A stretch of DNA of 64,000 nt from an uncultured Acidobacteriota bacterium (GCA_963796095.1 CAWCKL010000013.1:55028-119027), one strand, 5' to 3'; counted from the first letter of the stretch, positions 9,169 through 19,163 are shown. Program-made: numbers and translations. Notes: generated by a model from the letters alone, not told the origin.

Positions 9169-11370
9169 ATGCGCCGTTTGTTCGGTTTGATCGTGTTTGC
9201 ATCATTGGTTGTTTCTGCTTCAGCTCAGAGTAAGCATCCGTTTACGTTTGAAGACATGATGGCGCTCAAGCGCGTCAACGAACCCATTGTCTCGCCCGAC
9301 GGGAAATGGGTGTTATTCAGTGCGGTCGACGTTAGTCTGGAAGCAAACACGAAGACGCCGCATGTGTGGGTGGTGCCGACCGCTGGAGGCGAAGCACGCG
9401 AGATCATTCATGTTCAGGAATCGGATCGTCCGCGGTGGGCGCCTGACGGCAAACGCTTTCTGTTCTTGTCATCGAAAGAAGGTGGATCGCAGATTTGGAT
9501 TGCGGATTTTGATGACACCAAGGGGACTGTTACAGCGACGCACAAGCTGACTTCGATTGCCACAGAAGCCGATGGCCCCATCTGGTCGCCCGACGGGAAG
9601 AACATTCTTTTTATTTCGAATGTCTACCCCGAATGCCCCGACGAAGCTTGCAATGCGAAAAAAGTGGAGGAAGCGGAGAAGTCGAAGGTCAAAGCGCTGA
9701 TATTCACGCATCTGCTTTATCGCCACTGGAACGCGTACAAGGAGGGGAAGCGTAATCATCTTCTGATCATCGCGGCTGAGGGGGGCGCGAGCCGCGATCT
9801 CACTCCGGGGGACCATGATGTGCCGCCGTTCAGCTTGGGTGGGCAGGACGATTACGCTTTCTCGCCCGATGGGCAGGAGATTTGTTATACCTCGAATCGC
9901 GATGCCGTCGAGGCCCTCAGCACCAACAACGATTTGTTTATTGTTTCCGTAAATGGCGGAGCAGCGAAGAAGATTACGGACAATCCCGCGAGTGATTCGT
10001 CGCCACTTTATTCGCCGGATGGGAAGTACATTGCGTATCGCGCGCAGGTTCGGGCGGGATACGAGAGCGACCGGTTTCGGTTGATGCTGTACAACCGGCG
10101 CAGCGGACACATCCGGAATTTGACGGAGACCTTCGACCGTTGGGTGGGAACTTACACGTGGGATCCCGATTCGTCCAAAATTTACTTCGTTGCAGAGGAT
10201 AAGGGCGATTCGCCCGTCTATTCCATCGCGCTGGACACCGCTGTCATCGGCGGTGACGCAGGCAATGATACGACCGCCCATCTTACGAAAAACAATGTCA
10301 AGATGATTGTGCCGGGTCACGACGACGATCTTGCTGTGACCCACGACGGTAAAACTCTTTTATTTACGCGCATGTCGGTCAGGTTCCCCAACGAAATTTT
10401 TCGTGCCACCTTGGCGCAGCCTGGCGCGGCTGCTGCTTCGGCTTCTTCTCCGACCGTGTTCGAATCTCAGGAGGTGTGTACGGATTCGAGTGGGAAGATT
10501 AAGCCTGAGGGATGCAAAGGCGCGAGCGTGGATAAACGTGAAGTGCAACTCACCGATCTCAATCATTCCGTGCTCGCTCGAGTGGCAATGTCTCCGCTTG
10601 AATCTTTCTGGTTCACGGGCGCGGCTAACGATAAAGTTGAGGCCTTCTTTATCAAGCCGCCGAACTTCGATGCTAACAAGAAATATCCGGTCAAGTTCCT
10701 CATTCATGGAGGGCCGCAGGGAGCGTGGGGGGACGACTGGAGCTATCGCTGGAATCCCGAACTGTTCGCGGCCAACGGGTATGTGGTGGTGATGATCAAT
10801 TTCCATGGATCGACGGGCTACGGGCAGAAGTTCATCGATGCGGTCAACGGCGATTGGGGTGGGGCACCGTTTGAAGATCTGATGAAGGGCCTGGATGATG
10901 CCGAGCGCACCTATCCATTCATCGACAAGGACCGCGAGTGCGCTTTGGGCGCTAGCTTCGGCGGCTACATGGCCAACTGGATTCTCGGCCATTCACAGCG
11001 CTTCAAATGCATCGTCTCGCACGATGGGACGTTCAACAACGAATCCGACTGGGGCACTACCGAGGAGCTTTGGTTCGAGGAGTGGGAGCTCAAAGGGCCG
11101 CTCTACAACAACCGTGAACTCTATCGGAAATGGTCGCCGCACTTGTCGGCGCTGAATTTCAAGACTCCTACGCTTGTTATCCACGGCCAGCTGGATTACC
11201 GGTTGGATGTGTCAGAGGGATTCCAGCTCTTCACCACTTTGCAGCGCCTGAATGTGCCATCGAAGATGCTGTACTTCCCGGATGAGGGACACTGGGTGCT
11301 CAAGCCGCAGAACAGCCAGCTCTGGTACAAGACGGTGAACGAGTGGGTGGATCAGTGGACAAAGAAGTGA
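9169..11370 (+). CDS. S9-family serine peptidase (prolyl oligopeptidase / acylaminoacyl-peptidase type), secreted
   Basis: Signal peptide MRRLFGLIVFASLVVSASAQ. N-terminal propeller repeats (SPDGKWV, APDGKRF, SPDGKNI, SPDGQEI, SPDGKYI). C-terminal hydrolase with the GASFGGYM nucleophile elbow and the DEGHW His motif. Confidence 0.9.
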   Translation: MRRLFGLIVFASLVVSASAQSKHPFTFEDMMALKRVNEPIVSPDGKWVLFSAVDVSLEANTKTPHVWVVPTAGGEAREIIHVQESDRPRWAPDGKRFLFLSSKEGGSQIWIADFDDTKGTVTATHKLTSIATEADGPIWSPDGKNILFISNVYPECPDEACNAKKVEEAEKSKVKALIFTHLLYRHWNAYKEGKRNHLLIIAAEGGASRDLTPGDHDVPPFSLGGQDDYAFSPDGQEICYTSNRDAVEALSTNNDLFIVSVNGGAAKKITDNPASDSSPLYSPDGKYIAYRAQVRAGYESDRFRLMLYNRRSGHIRNLTETFDRWVGTYTWDPDSSKIYFVAEDKGDSPVYSIALDTAVIGGDAGNDTTAHLTKNNVKMIVPGHDDDLAVTHDGKTLLFTRMSVRFPNEIFRATLAQPGAAAASASSPTVFESQEVCTDSSGKIKPEGCKGASVDKREVQLTDLNHSVLARVAMSPLESFWFTGAANDKVEAFFIKPPNFDANKKYPVKFLIHGGPQGAWGDDWSYRWNPELFAANGYVVVMINFHGSTGYGQKFIDAVNGDWGGAPFEDLMKGLDDAERTYPFIDKDRECALGASFGGYMANWILGHSQRFKCIVSHDGTFNNESDWGTTEELWFEEWELKGPLYNNRELYRKWSPHLSALNFKTPTLVIHGQLDYRLDVSEGFQLFTTLQRLNVPSKMLYFPDEGHWVLKPQNSQLWYKTVNEWVDQWTKK

Positions 11371-11585
11371 TGCTGCTGGCACCCTAGATCTTATTGGAAG
11401 TCATCCTGACGCGCAAATTGCATGAATGTGAGGAGGAGCACAAATACTGCCGCGCTGGGACAGGCGAATGCCATCCGGAGCTTGAATCTCCGGGAGCGAG
11501 TCAATCTTTGCGGAGAGCTCCTGGTAAGGAGGCAAGACCGTCGTCCATTTTTTTCGGGCGCAAGTAAGAACTTGTCGGCATGCGC

Positions 11586-12164
11586 TTACTCTTCTTCCGC
11601 CAACCGCAAGAAACGGACAAGCTCACGAGGGCTGACACTCGTGGTTCCTGGTAACCGGTCCCTTATGCCCGGACGCCGTGGCGGGACACCAATTCGCCTC
11701 GGGTCGATGACGACCTGGCCATCAGGGCCGATTCTTAAACGGCCCGACGGGCCCCTGACCGGGCTGGTCAACCCCAACTTGCTGGGAGGATAGAGAAACA
11801 GCAGAACCCGTTCGCCGGAACGATAACGTTCACCCACTTCCCATAAGCCGGCCATTCGCGGATGGCCAGCGTCTGTCCGGCGCGAACTCCCAGCATGGCC
11901 TGATCCACATGAAAGCTGATCTGGACGGTCGCGACGCCTTTTCCTTTGGGAGCAACCCTCTCGACCGATTGAACCGTGCCCGCGAAGATGTAGCCCGCAC
12001 TTCGGGTCAATGGGGGCGGGTGTCGCGGGGTAGGTGAATCTCGCGGGTTCATTCCTGTTGTCGGTAGCCGCGTGGGTTGCTCGGCGACGGCCGTCAAAGA
12101 AACCGGAGTTAGTTAGGATGAGCGCAACAACAGCGAACTTCCAAAGTGACGACAACATGAGCAA
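11586..12164 (-). pseudogene. secreted hypothetical protein, apparently frameshifted twice
   Basis: The signal-like start MLMLSSLWKFAVVALILT and the C-terminus AGLWEVGERYRSGERVLLFLYPPSKLGLTSPV... lie in one frame. The protein-like middle (AGYIFAGTVQSVERVAPKGKGVATVQISFHVDQAMLGVRAGQTLAIREW) lies in the frame of ORF 11768..12097. Confidence 0.35.
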
Positions 12165-12211
12165 CCTCGCTTCTGGATCGAGGCCAGCCGCTTGACGGGA
12201 AGGGACCCATG

Positions 12212-13107
12212 CTACAGATCTTCGGAAGGGATGGCTGTGTCCTTCGTCACAGAGCTATTGAGTTTCTTCTGAGGAAATCGCGGCAGGGGAAAGAATCGGT
12301 ATAAATACTTCCCGCTTCTCCCGCGATCAGGTTTGCGCCGCGTCTGCCGTTGGGCCGATAAATGCGCTCCCGTAAGCAGCAACATTCCGGACAGAAATGC
12401 CCAAAACATCAGGCTGGCTGACAAGGCGAACGGGCCATAGACTTCCTGGAAATCCAGCCGCAGCAGCGCCACGATGTAGCAATACTTCAAGATCTCGGAG
12501 AGCAATCCCATGATCACCGCCCCCGGCACTACTGCTCGCGCCGGCACCTTGCCATTGGGCAACAACCAGTAGATCAAAAAGAAAACTGCGATACTGGCGG
12601 CGATGGCGAAAACTTTCATGACCAGGAATCCCAACAGTCGGATGGCGAGAAAGTCGTGACCGAAAGTTAGAGTCTTCAGCAGCACCACATTCCCCGCAGT
12701 CAATGCGATCGAAATCAGAGCCAGCACGCCGCAGCCGAATATCAGGCCCAATGCGATCAGTTGATTCCCCAGATAAGAGCGGTTCTCGGGAAAACGCCAG
12801 ATCCGGTTTAGCGCCACTTCGAGCGGCATGAAGATTCCAGTGGAAGTGATCAGGAGAATGAGAAGCGAGAAACCTGTGCCCGATGACGCGCATTGACTAG
12901 CGCATTCAAGTTGCGAATCACAAAATCTTGTCCAGCCGGCAAATAGTCGCGCAGCAATTGCACCACGACTTCATACATCGCGGGTGAGCGGAACACTCGC
13001 CGAATCAGAGTCAACAAAAGTAGGACGAAAGGAAAAAATGAAAGGATCGCATTCGCCGCAACCGAAAACGCGAAGGTGTGAACGTCGGTGCGGAAAACAT
13101 ATTTCAA
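12212..13107 (-). pseudogene. YihY/BrkB-family membrane protein, frameshifted near 12.89 kb and 5'-disrupted by IS630
   Basis: FSVAANAILSFFPFVLLLL (12850..13107 ORF) and LEVALNRIWRFPENRSYL...LIYWLLPNGKVP...LMFWAFLSGMLLLTGAHLSA (12212..12829 ORF) are the two halves of a YihY protein in different frames. The downstream frame stays open upstream through SSGTGFSLLILLITSTGIF. Confidence 0.75.
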
Positions 13108-13126
13108 GGTAGAAGATAACAGGCTA

Positions 13127-14337
13127 GTCTAGTGTCCCATTAATGAATAGACGTATGTGGGCTGTTGTGGTATGAACCTAAGCATGGCTAGAATCAGCCC
13201 GGTCGTAAGCTTATCCGCAGACGATCTAGCGCAGTTGGTTCGCTGGGAAGCGGCCCCCAGTACGCCTCAGCAGGTGGCCTTGCGCTGCCGCTTGGCCTTG
13301 GCCGCTGCCGCCGGCAAGCAGGATCTGGAAATAGCCTCCCGCTATGGGGTCAACCGACATACCGCCGCCTTGTGGCGCCAGCGGGTGCGAACCGCCGGGA
13401 TCGGTTCGGTGTGGGAGATTCAACCCGGACGGGGACGCAAACCCCGATATAGCCAGGAAAAGCGCGACGCGCTGATTGCCGCGACTCTGAAAACCAAACC
13501 CAAAGGCATGACGCACTGGAGCTGCCGGACGATGGCCCAAGCCCAGGGGATGAGCAAGAACACGGTGAACCGGCTTTGGAACTTACACAACCTCAAACCG
13601 CACCTGAGCCGGACTTTCAAATTGTCGCGCGATCCCAAGTTTATAGAGAAGCTGACCGATGTGGTGGGTTTGTATTTGAACCCGCCGGATAAGGCGATCG
13701 TGTTGTGCGTGGATGAAAAGAGCCAGATTCAAGCCTTGGACCGAACCCAGCCGGGCCTGCCGTTGAAGAAAGGGCGGTGCGGCACGATGACGCATGACTA
13801 TAAGCGCAACGGAACGACGACCTTGTTCGCGGCGCTGAGCTTATTGGACGGCAAAGTCATGGGGCAGTGTCACAGCCGGCACCGCCATCAAGAATTCCTG
13901 AAGTTCTTGCGCCAGCTGGACCGAGAGTTTCCCGGAGATCGGGAACTGCACCTGATACTGGACAACTACGGGACGCACAAAACCCCGGAAGTCAAAAGCT
14001 GGCTGAAACGCCATCGCCGCTTTGTGCCGCACTTCATTCCTACCAGTTCCAGTTGGCTGAATCTGGTGGAGCGCTGGTTTCGGGAGCTAACGGAAAAGGC
14101 CGTACGGCGGGAGGCCTTTTTCAGCGTGCCGGATCTGGTTGAGGCCATCGAGGCGTTTCTGGAGGCATGGAATGAGAATCCGCGGCCTTTCGTGTGGACG
14201 GCACAACTGGAGGACATCCTGAAGAAAATTGACCGGGCGCGCGCGAAGTTGGAATCGATTGAACCGGGGAGCACCCAACCTCGGCGCCGCCGCAAAGGTG
14301 AAGAATAATACGTCTATCTATTTAAGGGACACTAGAC
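13127..14337 (+). mobile_element. IS630-family insertion sequence (1211 bp) with TA target duplication
   Basis: Imperfect about 30-nt terminal inverted repeats: GTCTAGTGTCCCATTAATGAATAGACGTAT at 13127 versus the reverse complement of the right end, GTCTAGTGTCCCTTAAATAGATAGACGTAT. TA flanks at 13125-13126 and 14338-14339. Single DDE transposase inside. Confidence 0.9.
13184..14308 (+). CDS. IS630-family DDE transposase
   Basis: Helix-turn-helix (HTH) N-terminus, LCVDEKSQIQAL, HLILDNYGTHKT and SSWLNLVERWF motifs typical of IS630/Tc1-mariner. The ATG at 13184 is more likely than the track GTG at 13157. Confidence 0.9.
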   Translation: MARISPVVSLSADDLAQLVRWEAAPSTPQQVALRCRLALAAAAGKQDLEIASRYGVNRHTAALWRQRVRTAGIGSVWEIQPGRGRKPRYSQEKRDALIAATLKTKPKGMTHWSCRTMAQAQGMSKNTVNRLWNLHNLKPHLSRTFKLSRDPKFIEKLTDVVGLYLNPPDKAIVLCVDEKSQIQALDRTQPGLPLKKGRCGTMTHDYKRNGTTTLFAALSLLDGKVMGQCHSRHRHQEFLKFLRQLDREFPGDRELHLILDNYGTHKTPEVKSWLKRHRRFVPHFIPTSSSWLNLVERWFRELTEKAVRREAFFSVPDLVEAIEAFLEAWNENPRPFVWTAQLEDILKKIDRARAKLESIEPGSTQPRRRRKGEE

Positions 14338-14339
14338 TA

Positions 14340-14425
14340 GCCCGAGAGCTGGAGCCCTTAACCGAAGCGTTAGAGGCCGTCGCGACCGCTGCGACAGGGG
14401 TTGAGGACGGGGGATGTTCGATCAA
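14340..14425 (-). pseudogene. displaced 5' end of the yihY-like gene (right flank of IS630)
   Basis: With the IS and one TA copy removed, the minus-strand frame runs without a stop from the TTG at 14425 (IEHPPSSTPVAAVATASNASVKGSSSRASLLSST) straight into LKYVFRTDVHTFAF at 13107. Confidence 0.4.
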
Positions 14426-14882
14426 TATTTATCCAATATTATCAAAGGGATAGAGACATATTAAAAGACCCGAACGAACTGTGCTGCCGGTGCTAGCGCC
14501 CTCACTCCATGCTCAGGAAAACCATGGGTCACGTTTAGCCGTTTCAATCAGTTTCGCTTTATTATTAATTCTTCTCTTGCCAGAAAGAAAATTCCTGAAT
14601 ATTATTCCTGCCGTTGCCGGAATGTCGGCAGCGACGTTCGTCTAGCTTGGGTTGATGTTTTGCATATTGTAGTCGAAACTCGCGCCACTACGACAGGCTC
14701 CGAAGCTTCGTTCCGTTTTCTCCACGACGGCGCGAAACTCAGGAGTCTTTCTTGTTGAAACAGGTTCTCGATCGCATTGCAAGGCAAAACCAAAATCGTC
14801 CACAGGCTTTGAGGGGGTCAGGTACGCGCGCTTCGCGAAGAATGTGGATTTCTAATCTCAGTAGAGGCGAAAGGAGTTCATT

Positions 14883-15086
14883 GTGAGAGAGAAGGGTACA
14901 GTAAAGTGGTTTAACGGGGCTAAAGGATATGGTTTTATCCAGCGGTCCACAGGGGAAGATGTCTTCGTTCATTTCTCCGCCATCCAGGAGAATGGGTACC
15001 GCACGCTGAACGAGGGCGAAACCGTGGAGTTCGATCTGCTGAAGGGCCCCAAGGGGTTCCAGGCGGGTAACGTCGTCCGCGCCTGA
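14883..15086 (+). CDS. cspA: cold-shock protein, CspA family
   Basis: [15 protein letters not shown] (RNP1) and DVFVHFSAI (RNP2). 67 aa, AAAGGAG SD, GTG start, long upstream leader. Confidence 0.95.
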   Translation: MREKGTVKWFNGAKGYGFIQRSTGEDVFVHFSAIQENGYRTLNEGETVEFDLLKGPKGFQAGNVVRA

Positions 15087-15116
15087 ACCCAAGTACAAAC
15101 TAAGAGTCCGGAATTC

Positions 15117-15155
15117 CCAAACCCTCTCAGAATCCCCTGGGAGGGTTTGTTGTTT
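15117..15155 (+). terminator. rho-independent terminator of csp
   Basis: CAAACCCTCTCA (15117-15128) pairs with TGGGAGGGTTTG (15137-15148) with 1 mismatch. 8-nt loop, then TTGTTTC. Confidence 0.7.
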
Positions 15156-15200
15156 CAGCGGAGAAATCGATTCTGTGATTCCAAACGAATTGACCGGGGT

Positions 15201-15515
15201 TCAGGCCCGCTTCGTATCGGCCAACATTCGTTCTCTCAAGATACAGTTCGCCCGCGTTTGATAGCCCTTGCCGCGCTGTTTCAGCCCTGCGACCACATCG
15301 GCGTCAAGCCGCATCGAGACGGCCTGCTTCCGCGGACGATAGAACCTGCCTCGGACCGCATTCTTCCACGCTCCGGGCGGAAGCTCCGGAATATCGGAGG
15401 TATCGATTTGCTGGTCGGGTAGCGCAGCCAGGGTCGCCAGTTCTTTCTTCTGTCTTCGAGTGAGAGCCTGGCCTGACACTCGTCTAATCTTTCTATTCTT
15501 AATTACTCCGCCCAT
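15201..15515 (-). CDS. brnA: BrnA-family antitoxin (type II TA)
   Basis: DTSDIPELPPGAWKNAVRGRFYRPRKQAVSMRLDADVVAGLKQRGKGYQTRANCILRERM matches the BrnA_antitoxin pattern. The likely start is the ATG at 15515, which overlaps the brnT stop. Confidence 0.8.
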   Translation of the reverse strand: MGGVIKNRKIRRVSGQALTRRQKKELATLAALPDQQIDTSDIPELPPGAWKNAVRGRFYRPRKQAVSMRLDADVVAGLKQRGKGYQTRANCILRERMLADTKRA

Positions 15516-15776
15516 AGCTGCTCCGCGCGCGGCGAGTTGCCTTTCGTGCTGAAAGAATTCGAACCAAGTCGTCATCCTCATCTACGGTGTGAGCGACGAG
15601 TAACACATGAATTCCGTTCACCATTCCAATCGTTTGCCAGCGCGGCTCGCCCTCGACTTCCCGCTCTTGTGATGTCAGGTGGTAAGATCGTCAAAGACCC
15701 GCATCGCAGTCTCGAAGCTGATGCCGTGCTTCTGCCTGTTGGCCCGGTTCTTTTGTTCGTCCCAGGTAAATTCCAC
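15499..15776 (-). pseudogene. brnT: BrnT-family (DUF497) toxin with a frameshift near 15678-15690
   Basis: My translation gives VEFTWDEQKNRANRQKHGISFETAMRVFDD, then a TGA. The family continues in another frame: YHLTSQEREVEGEPRWQTIGMVNGIHVLLVAHTVDEDDDLVRILSARKATRRARSSY. Confidence 0.65.
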
Positions 15777-15830
15777 GGCACTCTTCGTAATGGCAAATGT
15801 GTATATACAAGAAGGCATCAGTCCTTGCTT

Positions 15831-16292
15831 TCAGCTCGCTTTGGCGCTTTCCTTTGAATGAGGTTCTATCAACCGTTTCGTCAACAACACCATCCCGAAG
15901 ATCTGTGTCCATTCAGAAACGATATTCCCCACTACCTGGCCCCACTTGGCTTCGGAGTTCATGTAAGCGTATAGCGCGACCCAGCCAATCCCTGTGATCA
16001 CGAGAAAGATGGTCAGCGAATGATTGCGGATCCATTTGCGAAGCGGACTCAATCCAGTGTCCGCTGGGCGCCGGCTTTCCGCCGATCCTTTCTCGTACAT
16101 ATATTTGGTTGCCAGTACCGTGACTACGACGCCCGACCAATCGGCAATCGCGTTTCCGAAGAATGACCCCACGTGCGTGCTCGGATCGGAAAAGATGTAC
16201 AGAACAATCCACAAAATAAGGATCGCGACGGCAGCGACGCCAAGAGAATGACGGCGGATGAAGGTTTGTGGTTGGTCCGACTTGTTCGTCAT
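15831..16292 (-). CDS. small integral membrane protein with two-fold internal repeat
   Basis: 153 aa, four hydrophobic spans. The halves align: GNAIADWSGVVVTVLATKYMYEKGSAES versus GNIVSEWTQIFGMVLLTKRLIEPHSKES. Confidence 0.6.
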   Translation of the reverse strand: MTNKSDQPQTFIRRHSLGVAAVAILILWIVLYIFSDPSTHVGSFFGNAIADWSGVVVTVLATKYMYEKGSAESRRPADTGLSPLRKWIRNHSLTIFLVITGIGWVALYAYMNSEAKWGQVVGNIVSEWTQIFGMVLLTKRLIEPHSKESAKAS

Positions 16293-16422
16293 GCGGCTCA
16301 GCCTCCGCGATCCTAGTTCTCACAAATACGGATCTTGCGAATCCGGATCTTATGAGTGTTGGGTCTTGTGAATTTGGATCTTGCGAAACTTAATCGTCCA
16401 TTCAGATGCTGCGGGTGAATTG

Positions 16423-18528
16423 CTACTGTACTTCTATCGAGACTAAGTCGCCGTCAGCTTTTCCTCCCGCTCTGTAATTGACGGCTACCGGGCGGCCCTT
16501 CCAATCGCAGGAGAAATCGTCTGCACCGATCAGCGTCAGAGACTTGTAATCCTGCGTTCGCAGCTTGAGCACCTTCGCTCCCGCAGTCACGGTCAGGATC
16601 GCCGAGGGGGCCTGGGAACAATCAATGGCAACCAATTTTCCTTTCAGAAATTGGATCGCACGTTTGTCGGGCTGGGCAGGAGTCGGAGGTTGGTCCGCAC
16701 GATCGACGGTGACTTCGTCTGGTTCAGGACTTTGCTGCTCCGTTTTCGGCTGCGGTTCCGCTGGTTTCCTTGAGGTTGCGGAAGGCGTAGTTGCCGAAGG
16801 CGCGGTTGTGGCAGGCGCGGTCGCAGAATGCCCGGATGGCGAAGAAGACGATGGCGAAGACGATGGCGAAGACGACGGCGAGGACGATGATGACGACGAC
16901 GGTGACGACGCCGATGCCGTCTGCTGTGGCTGCGCGAGCGTCCCATACTTCTTCAGCATGGGCAAACCCGCCAGCTGCTCGCCAGCCGACTTCGCAACCT
17001 GCGGATCCGGACTGCTCTTAAGCCGCTCGAGCAATGCGGTAGCCGCCTCCCAGCTTTTTCCCGCCATATAGATTTGCGCCATATTCAGCAAATAGGTTTG
17101 ATTGCGGGGGCTGAGTTGCAGGGCGACTCGCATGGAATCCATGGCGGCGTGAACCCCCCCGCCCTCCAGTTGAGCCATGGCCAGCATGCTGCGAGCTTGG
17201 GCGAATTCGGGATCCCAGTCGAGAACCGACCGGAGGTCCTGCATCATATTCGGAAGGCCGCCCGGGGCTTGTCCGGTTTGCGCCAGGTGGTACCTTACCA
17301 GCGCCAGATAGTAATGCAGCCACGGATCCTTCGGGTTCAGGTCTCCGGCTTTGCTCAGCTCCTCGACCGCGCGGTCGAATTCCTTCTTCTCCATATGCGC
17401 CCAAGCCAACGCTCGACGCGCGACCACGTTGTCCATCTTTGGCTGGGCTGTTATCGACTGCAGCTGCTGCACAGCTGGTTCACGGTGCTCGGCTAGACGA
17501 ATGCTCATTTCCGCGACCAGCGATTGCCCTTCGGCCTCGGGAAGCTCCTGATTGCTGCTGCCGATCTGGTCTGACGGGGTTACCTCCAGCGTCTGACTTC
17601 CCGCAGCCAGCGGCTGTTTACCCTTTTCCGGCGGCGGCGAGGGCTGGCCCAGCGAATGGAAGTGATCCTGCACCGCCTGCGTCAACTGGGCCGAGCTCAT
17701 GCCGTACGCCTTCTGAATCGCTTCCTCGACCGAGAGCTTTTGGTTCACGACCAGATCGAAATAGGTTCCAGTCTCGGAAAGCTTGTTCTGGCTCAACAGG
17801 TAGTGCATCACGATCCACGATTGTGCGTAGAACAAGGTATGGCGCGAGTTTTCCTGACTGGCATCGCGGTGCGTGGCGAATAGATCAGGGATCGAAAGCC
17901 ATGGCGTCGAGTTCAGGAGTTCAGTGAACGATTCCGGGTCTCCGCCGATTTGCGCCTGCTTGTTGTCGAAGCGCAGGCTGGAAAAGTATTCCGCGAAGCC
18001 TTCGTCGAACCACGGCTGCGTGGGCGGATAGTTGTAGTTCAGAAACACGAGAGCGAATTCGCGGGATAGCGCTCGCCAGCTCTCTTCCTTAGAAAGGTTA
18101 AGAACGAAGTAATCGCGGTCCGGGCCAAGAATGAAGAAGCCCATTGCAACCGCAGGGCCTTGTCGATTGGGCACGACCTTGCTGTATTCGTCATCGCTTC
18201 TTAGGGCGATGACGTCGATCGGTTCGGACATGTTGATGCGAGTTCTCGCCAGCAGTTGGCCGAAGACCAGGCGCATCTGCTCGAAGCGCGCGACTACGTC
18301 ATGGCCCTTGAATTCATCTGCGTCGGTGACCACGGAAAAGTGACTGGAGTTGACGCGAATCCAGTGCTGCTGGTCAGAGCGCGCGGGCGCAAGCGGAGCA
18401 CACAAGAGCGGAAGAGCGACAGTAATAAAGATGAGCCGTGATGGAAGGGAATGGATGCGATCCGTCATGAGCCGTCGGGAGCTTCCGAGATAAGAAATGC
18501 TACCACGCTGAGGAGGCGCGGAACTCAC
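16423..18528 (-). CDS. secreted TPR-repeat protein with Ser/Pro-rich linker
   Basis: 701-aa ORF. The probable start is at 18468 (MTDRIHSLPSRLIFITVALPLLCAPLAPARS). It has a PWFDEGFAEYF region resembling peptidase-MA/DUF1570-like folds but with no HExxH motif. TPR-like helices in the middle, an SSPSSSSSSSPSSSPSSSPSSSSPSG linker, and a C-terminal beta domain. Confidence 0.75.
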   Translation of the reverse strand: MSSAPPQRGSISYLGSSRRLMTDRIHSLPSRLIFITVALPLLCAPLAPARSDQQHWIRVNSSHFSVVTDADEFKGHDVVARFEQMRLVFGQLLARTRINMSEPIDVIALRSDDEYSKVVPNRQGPAVAMGFFILGPDRDYFVLNLSKEESWRALSREFALVFLNYNYPPTQPWFDEGFAEYFSSLRFDNKQAQIGGDPESFTELLNSTPWLSIPDLFATHRDASQENSRHTLFYAQSWIVMHYLLSQNKLSETGTYFDLVVNQKLSVEEAIQKAYGMSSAQLTQAVQDHFHSLGQPSPPPEKGKQPLAAGSQTLEVTPSDQIGSSNQELPEAEGQSLVAEMSIRLAEHREPAVQQLQSITAQPKMDNVVARRALAWAHMEKKEFDRAVEELSKAGDLNPKDPWLHYYLALVRYHLAQTGQAPGGLPNMMQDLRSVLDWDPEFAQARSMLAMAQLEGGGVHAAMDSMRVALQLSPRNQTYLLNMAQIYMAGKSWEAATALLERLKSSPDPQVAKSAGEQLAGLPMLKKYGTLAQPQQTASASSPSSSSSSSPSSSPSSSPSSSSPSGHSATAPATTAPSATTPSATSRKPAEPQPKTEQQSPEPDEVTVDRADQPPTPAQPDKRAIQFLKGKLVAIDCSQAPSAILTVTAGAKVLKLRTQDYKSLTLIGADDFSCDWKGRPVAVNYRAGGKADGDLVSIEVQ
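16826..16900. repeat. 12-nt periodic coding tandem repeat (Ser/Pro linker)
   Basis: The + strand reads GATGGCGAAGAAGAC GATGGCGAAGAC GATGGCGAAGAC GACGGCGAGGAC GATGATGACGAC GACGGTGACGAC. Confidence 0.8.
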
Positions 18529-19163
18529 CGGGAGGTTCGAAGGGCAGGTCGGTTCGCCCGCTGTTTACTATTAAATAATCTTGGGTATACCTCTCCCCCC
18601 TGATCTTTTCGAATCATAGGATTAGGGCTGGACTACCATCAAAATCTTTGAGGAATAAGGACCTATACGCAAAATATTCCGGAATAAGGACTTAGCGCAT
18701 TCGTCTGCCTTGGTCTTCCCGTTTTGGGCTGGTACGAGTCTCTGCCGCAACCGGTCCTTCGCCCCGTTGGGCTGAGCAACTCCGCTTACTCACGCACGGC
18801 TTCGCCGTAGGCTGCATTCTTACGCCGCTTTGCGGCTGTCGCGCGGGCATCCCATTCCACTTTTTCGGTCGCACGTGGGTTGCGACACAGTCACGGTACT
18901 GCCGTTCGTCGACGGTCAATTTGTCGAAGATATGGTGATGCCATCTATTCTCAAATAGCTAAGGTCAATTGTTAACATCTTATCTGGATTGGCAGGATAA
19001 GATCAAGGAGAAACGTATCCGTTCTGCGCGTTTTTCTCAACTCGGCAACGCTCTTACTTCTCGCGCAAAGAGCGCGCGAGAAATGGGGCACGCGTGTTTA
19101 AACCCGGAGTTGCCTTGCTGTAAATGCCAGGGAGTCTTGGAACTCCCCGGTACGCAAGACGAA

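Noticed and set aside
18540-18960. Intergenic region with the duplicated GGAATAAGGAC motif and a 75-aa ORF (18692..18919)
   Set aside because: The ORF translation is Arg/Pro-rich and not protein-like. The repeat is only 11 nt and occurs twice. No tRNA-like or known ncRNA structure was recognisable by eye.
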